Positions 60,142 to 64,000 of a stretch of DNA of 64,000 nucleotides are shown in pieces (the stretch's first letter is position 1; every line of letters starts with the position of its first letter). Both the position numbers and the translations under genes were made by a program. The notes below the pieces were generated by a model. That model was not told the DNA's origin. It saw only the letters and a list, made by a program, of their open reading frames with translations, and did no database searches. Origin of the DNA: Zancudomyces culisetae HAW-14-8 (lineage: Eukaryota > Fungi > Kickxellomycota); assembly GCA_052426225.1 (NCBI GenBank), contig JBNJNM010000008.1:434001-498000 (forward strand), in the 5' to 3' direction.

Positions 60142-61070
60142 TCTTCTTTTCCTCCTGTTTTTCCTTTGGTTTGAACCACCAGTTGATTCTCGTACTTTTT
60201 TTTGTCGATTTAGAGTATTTTGACAGTTATAGTATACGATATCAACAACTTTTGGCTGTTACTCTGCATTTACCGACTGTTTGATATACTTGTCTTCTAA
60301 TATTAAATATAATAAACAAGATTCATTGAAAACTATTTGTCCAAAATCTAATTTCGATGTTCTGTTTTTCACTTCTGATAATATTTTCGTGTGGATTTCG
60401 CCAAATTTAATCCAATAGTTCCATTTGTTTCTATTTACTTTTTCTTTGAACCAGAAAAAATAAACAACTTTCAAATAATTCACCCCTTTTCGCACCAAAT
60501 AAAAAAGCAAGTGTAACAAGAATTATTAACAATTCCACCAGAGTCTATGAGAGAGCTCTTTTAGTATGTTGGGTATATATCCGAAAATAAGTAAATACCT
60601 GCTTATACTTTGGGTATAAACAGTACGCACTTAGTAAATACCTTGGAGACAATTAGTGGTAGTTCAACACATTCCGTCAAAGCCAGAGACAAGATTGCTG
60701 TTATGATTCAGTATACCGAATCATATATATGATGTTTAATCCACTCTACTGGATATTCACACTAATTTACACCTGTTTTAACAGATTTTGATAATCGCTT
60801 TTATTTTAGGAGCTGGGAAAAAACAGATTATTGTAATTCCTACTAGTTATGCATATTATGGGAATATTATACGAGAGGGCTCTGTACCCTTGATAGGGAA
60901 TGACTATCCGATTAACGTAATATTATAAAAACGAACTACCAACTTTAATACAAATAATAGCATTTATATGAAATATAAAAATATATAGTAAAAGAATTAA
61001 ATTTCCAGATAACTACATAATATGATTATTAAAGCTCTAGCTATCTAATCTAAAAAACGCACAAACACAC

Positions 61071-61170
61071 ACACACACGCACACATACATACACACACGC
61101 ACACATACATACACACACGCACACATACATACACACACGCACACATACATACACACACGCACACATACAT
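61071..61170 (+). repeat. 20-bp tandem repeat x5 (ACACACACGCACACATACAT) within a CA-rich tract
   Basis: Five exact units read directly. Confidence 0.92.
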
Positions 61171-61200
61171 ACACACAAACACATGTACACTTGGATCCAA

Positions 61201-61425
61201 TTAAACCAACCCTTTATATACATTATATGAAGCTATGGACCCTCCGGACCGCACCCATTCAAATACGAACAGATACTTCATTCGGTAGTATGTTGATGGT
61301 GTACTGTATTTAACTTCTATTTTGGAGCTACTGACCTCTAGATTTTTCAGAGCTTTCTCGTGCGCAGTCTTGTGACCTGCTAAGGGTTGATGTTCGTTGT
61401 TTTTGGTGCTCCTAGGTTCTTCCAT
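61201..61425 (-). CDS. Hypothetical small protein (74 aa)
   Basis: ATG-started ORF with higher GC than its flanks and an A-rich leader, in an otherwise empty 2.4-kb gap; no family recognised. Confidence 0.35.
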   Translation of the reverse strand: MEEPRSTKNNEHQPLAGHKTAHEKALKNLEVSSSKIEVKYSTPSTYYRMKYLFVFEWVRSGGSIASYNVYKGLV

Positions 61426-62582
61426 AGCAAATTTTTGTTTGTTTTTCTATCTCGATTTTGGTTCTGTATGTGATTCTTTTTAAGCGCTGTATCTGGTTAT
61501 TTCAACTTATCTTTCATACATTGATTTTGCTGACTCTATGCTTTAAACGTTGCAATTAAGGTTGCAAATTATTGATGATAATAGTTCTGGTCGTATTTTA
61601 TTTTTTGTGTTACTTATTCAAGTTTATAAATAGCGGAATATACGATACAATATATAATTTTATTTTCCCTGCTAATACATAGTTATGTATGTTTGAAAAA
61701 TATTTCATATGTAAGTAAGGCTTCACGAAAAATGCTACGTGAACAGTATATACCTCTCCCAGTGCGCTATTTTTTTTGTATCTCTTTTGTATTTATTGGC
61801 TTATTTTACAACAGAATGTATTCATTTTTTTCGGAGAAAATACCTTTCTATGTGGTTTATTAAAATAATTGTATCTGCCATTTTATATAAACTTATAAAT
61901 ATCAATGTATGGGAGTAAGTGTTTGTGAAAGACTTTAGATGTATTTTCCGCTCTCATTGGGCTTGCGTTCCAACTCACAAAAACATTTATTTGAGTAAAT
62001 ATAATCATTTTTTATGCGATTTTACCCTGGGCTAGTAAATAAAGATTACTTTGACCCAACATTTCAGGTATTAAGTTATACCAGCTAACCAATTTTCTAA
62101 GATCTGTGCACCAACAAAGAATACTAGCCTTGTTTATTATTACTATCACATTAACATATTTGTGATCAGAGCCAGAAACACCTAATACATTCAAAAACAG
62201 TTGTTAAACCTAATGGTAAATTAATAATAAAAAAAGTGAATTGAAACGGCGTAAAAAACGCATTCTCAAAAGAAAACGAATCTGATGCTCAAGGGGTCGA
62301 TTTCAGTCCTGTTGTATCTGTCGTTAACATCGTCTTCATCACAAGTGGCACATTTCTGTAATATACTGCTTCCTACCGCCATCAATATATTTTACCAGTC
62401 TGTATAATTCCTCTAGGTGCTCCCTCTCATGTATGTACACTGTCGTTCTTTATTGTGTACATTGAATTACATGCAAAATAAAAAGTCTAAACGATTCAAA
62501 AAATAAGAAAATAAAAACAAAGAAATAAAGAAACAAACAAGATGTCAAGTTCTTGCATCACGCACTAAATTCGATTGTCATC

Positions 62583-63529
62583 TCATAATTCAGAGGACAT
62601 TGTGTAATCATACTCGATAGTTGGCAGGACCGTGCTAATAAACTTCAAGAAAATAATAAGATATTGTTCAACACGAACCTCACGATCGCCCTCAATACTC
62701 ATTTCAATAATTTTCTTCATTACATTTGCATGTTTGCACGGATGAATACTGGCCTGTTGAGTAGGTAAATGTGGATGAGGTTCGATAGTAACCGTCTTTT
62801 TGGCATGTTCCTGGCTTATATCCTCAAAAATGTCTTTTGATGATAAAGGAATGTCGTCCTCATCATATCCACAGAGCCAAACCCGGGGCGTTTGATAGTA
62901 TTTATCGTAGGTAATGCTTATATCATATGTACGCGTCCTCAAAATATTTGTATTTTGCTTTACACCTGCCTCTTCTCCATCGGATTCTATATTGCAGTAG
63001 TCTTCAATGTCTGGGATATCCTCGATGTTTTGTGATTCCTCTTCGATTTCGTCGATTTCTTCAATTTCGTTTGCGGCTTCTGGTACATGGTCTGCATAAG
63101 TCGAAATCCATTCTCCATCATTCTCCTCTTTTTCTGCGCCAATTTCCATCTGTTTGACCCGTCGAAGGCAAGGTACCTTTTTTGTTATCAAAAACTGCTT
63201 GTCTCTTGGCAGGTAATCCTTAGTTTTGCCCTTTACACCTGTTTCCCAATGCCAAGTCGGGCATTTGAAGACCAAGTAATCTCCTGCTGCTATAAACTAT
63301 ATTTGCCCATCCAAGAAGGGGAGCGTGGGGAGACGAATAAGAAAAAGGATTAGCGTTTAATACTATTTTTTCTTTAATTTCGTTTTGAAATACCGCTATA
63401 TAATACTCAAAAATTAGTAAAAATTACCTCTTCAGGAGTCAGAACTCCGGTTTCCTTGAATTTCGAGTTTTTGAGCAGCGGGTTAAAGTATTCTCTTACT
63501 CCATGAATAAGCGAATTCAGTGTGGTCAT
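62583..63529 (-). CDS. ATG3: Autophagy E2-like enzyme Atg3; join(63428..63529,62583..63296)
   Basis: SKFKETGVLTPEE|FIAAGDYLVFKCPTWHW; YLPRDKQFLIT; TRTYDISITYDKYYQTPR; catalytic HPCKHA. Confidence 0.97.
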
Positions 63530-64000
63530 TGTCTTGTAAATTCAAAATCTATAGAATATACGAATATGTGTTTTTTATAAATATATATTATGTGCAACTA
63601 TAATAGTTTTCTCTTTTTGGATATTTTTTTAAAAGGCAAGTTTTAGTGTTACTCAAAAAAGTGAATTCAATAATCGTCATTATAAATTCTCAATTTATAT
63701 TCGCTCTTAATATACACATTTTTTAATGCTACGTTTGTTCTGGATATGGAAAAGTTAATTGGAGATAATAAAGTTTGAGATGAGGGACCCCCATCTTCAC
63801 CTATCCACAAATAAATAATTTCCCACATATATGTGTGTTTTCAATCTTTTGATAATTAAAACGTATCAGGTGATAATGCTGTTCAAGAAAAGACCAATAA
63901 CTGTGGTTATTTTATGTTGGAACGGCCATATGAACACAAGATGAGCTATCATTTCCGAAGGGCTGAAAGGGATCCAGGGCAGACCTGGGTGTGAGACAAT

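Noticed and set aside
57562-60223. Many plus-strand Ser/Phe/Leu-rich ORFs
   Set aside because: Antisense shadows of the purine-rich MRC1-like gene; the same applies to shadows over NUP170, PLD1, AQR and CYM1
63746-64000. Possible selenoprotein or glutaredoxin-like start with in-frame TGA
   Set aside because: No CxxU/CxxC in a consistent frame, no recognisable SECIS, and truncated by the window edge

Overview
AT-rich eukaryotic DNA with short GT-AG introns. Gene content and the retroelement ORF style suggest an early-diverging fungus, probably a Harpellales insect-gut fungus (Zancudomyces/Smittium-like); this is inference. The window has two parts. (1) An accessory region at 1-~28.3 kb. It opens with the 5' end of a Ty3/Gypsy LTR retrotransposon (gag plus a 412-bp 5' LTR with a self-priming site and heat-shock/AP-1-like motifs) inserted into a DIRS-like ORF. 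Next is a 21.6-kb structure of two ~6.3-kb near-identical inverted arms (2574-8865 and 17836-24138). Each arm carries an identical secreted 10-Cys protein gene, and the arms enclose a ~9-kb unique core with an intronless F-box-like/ankyrin-repeat gene. A GPI-type trypsin homolog lacking the catalytic His and a long 33-Cys metallothionein-like gene follow. (2) A housekeeping block at ~30-64 kb: NUP170/155, phospholipase D, CstF-50, MSS1, SWC4/DMAP1, Aquarius, a spliced Nbl1/Borealin-like gene, CYM1, MRC1-like and ATG3. No rRNA, tRNA or CRISPR array was recognised. All calls come from reading the sequence; no database searches were run.
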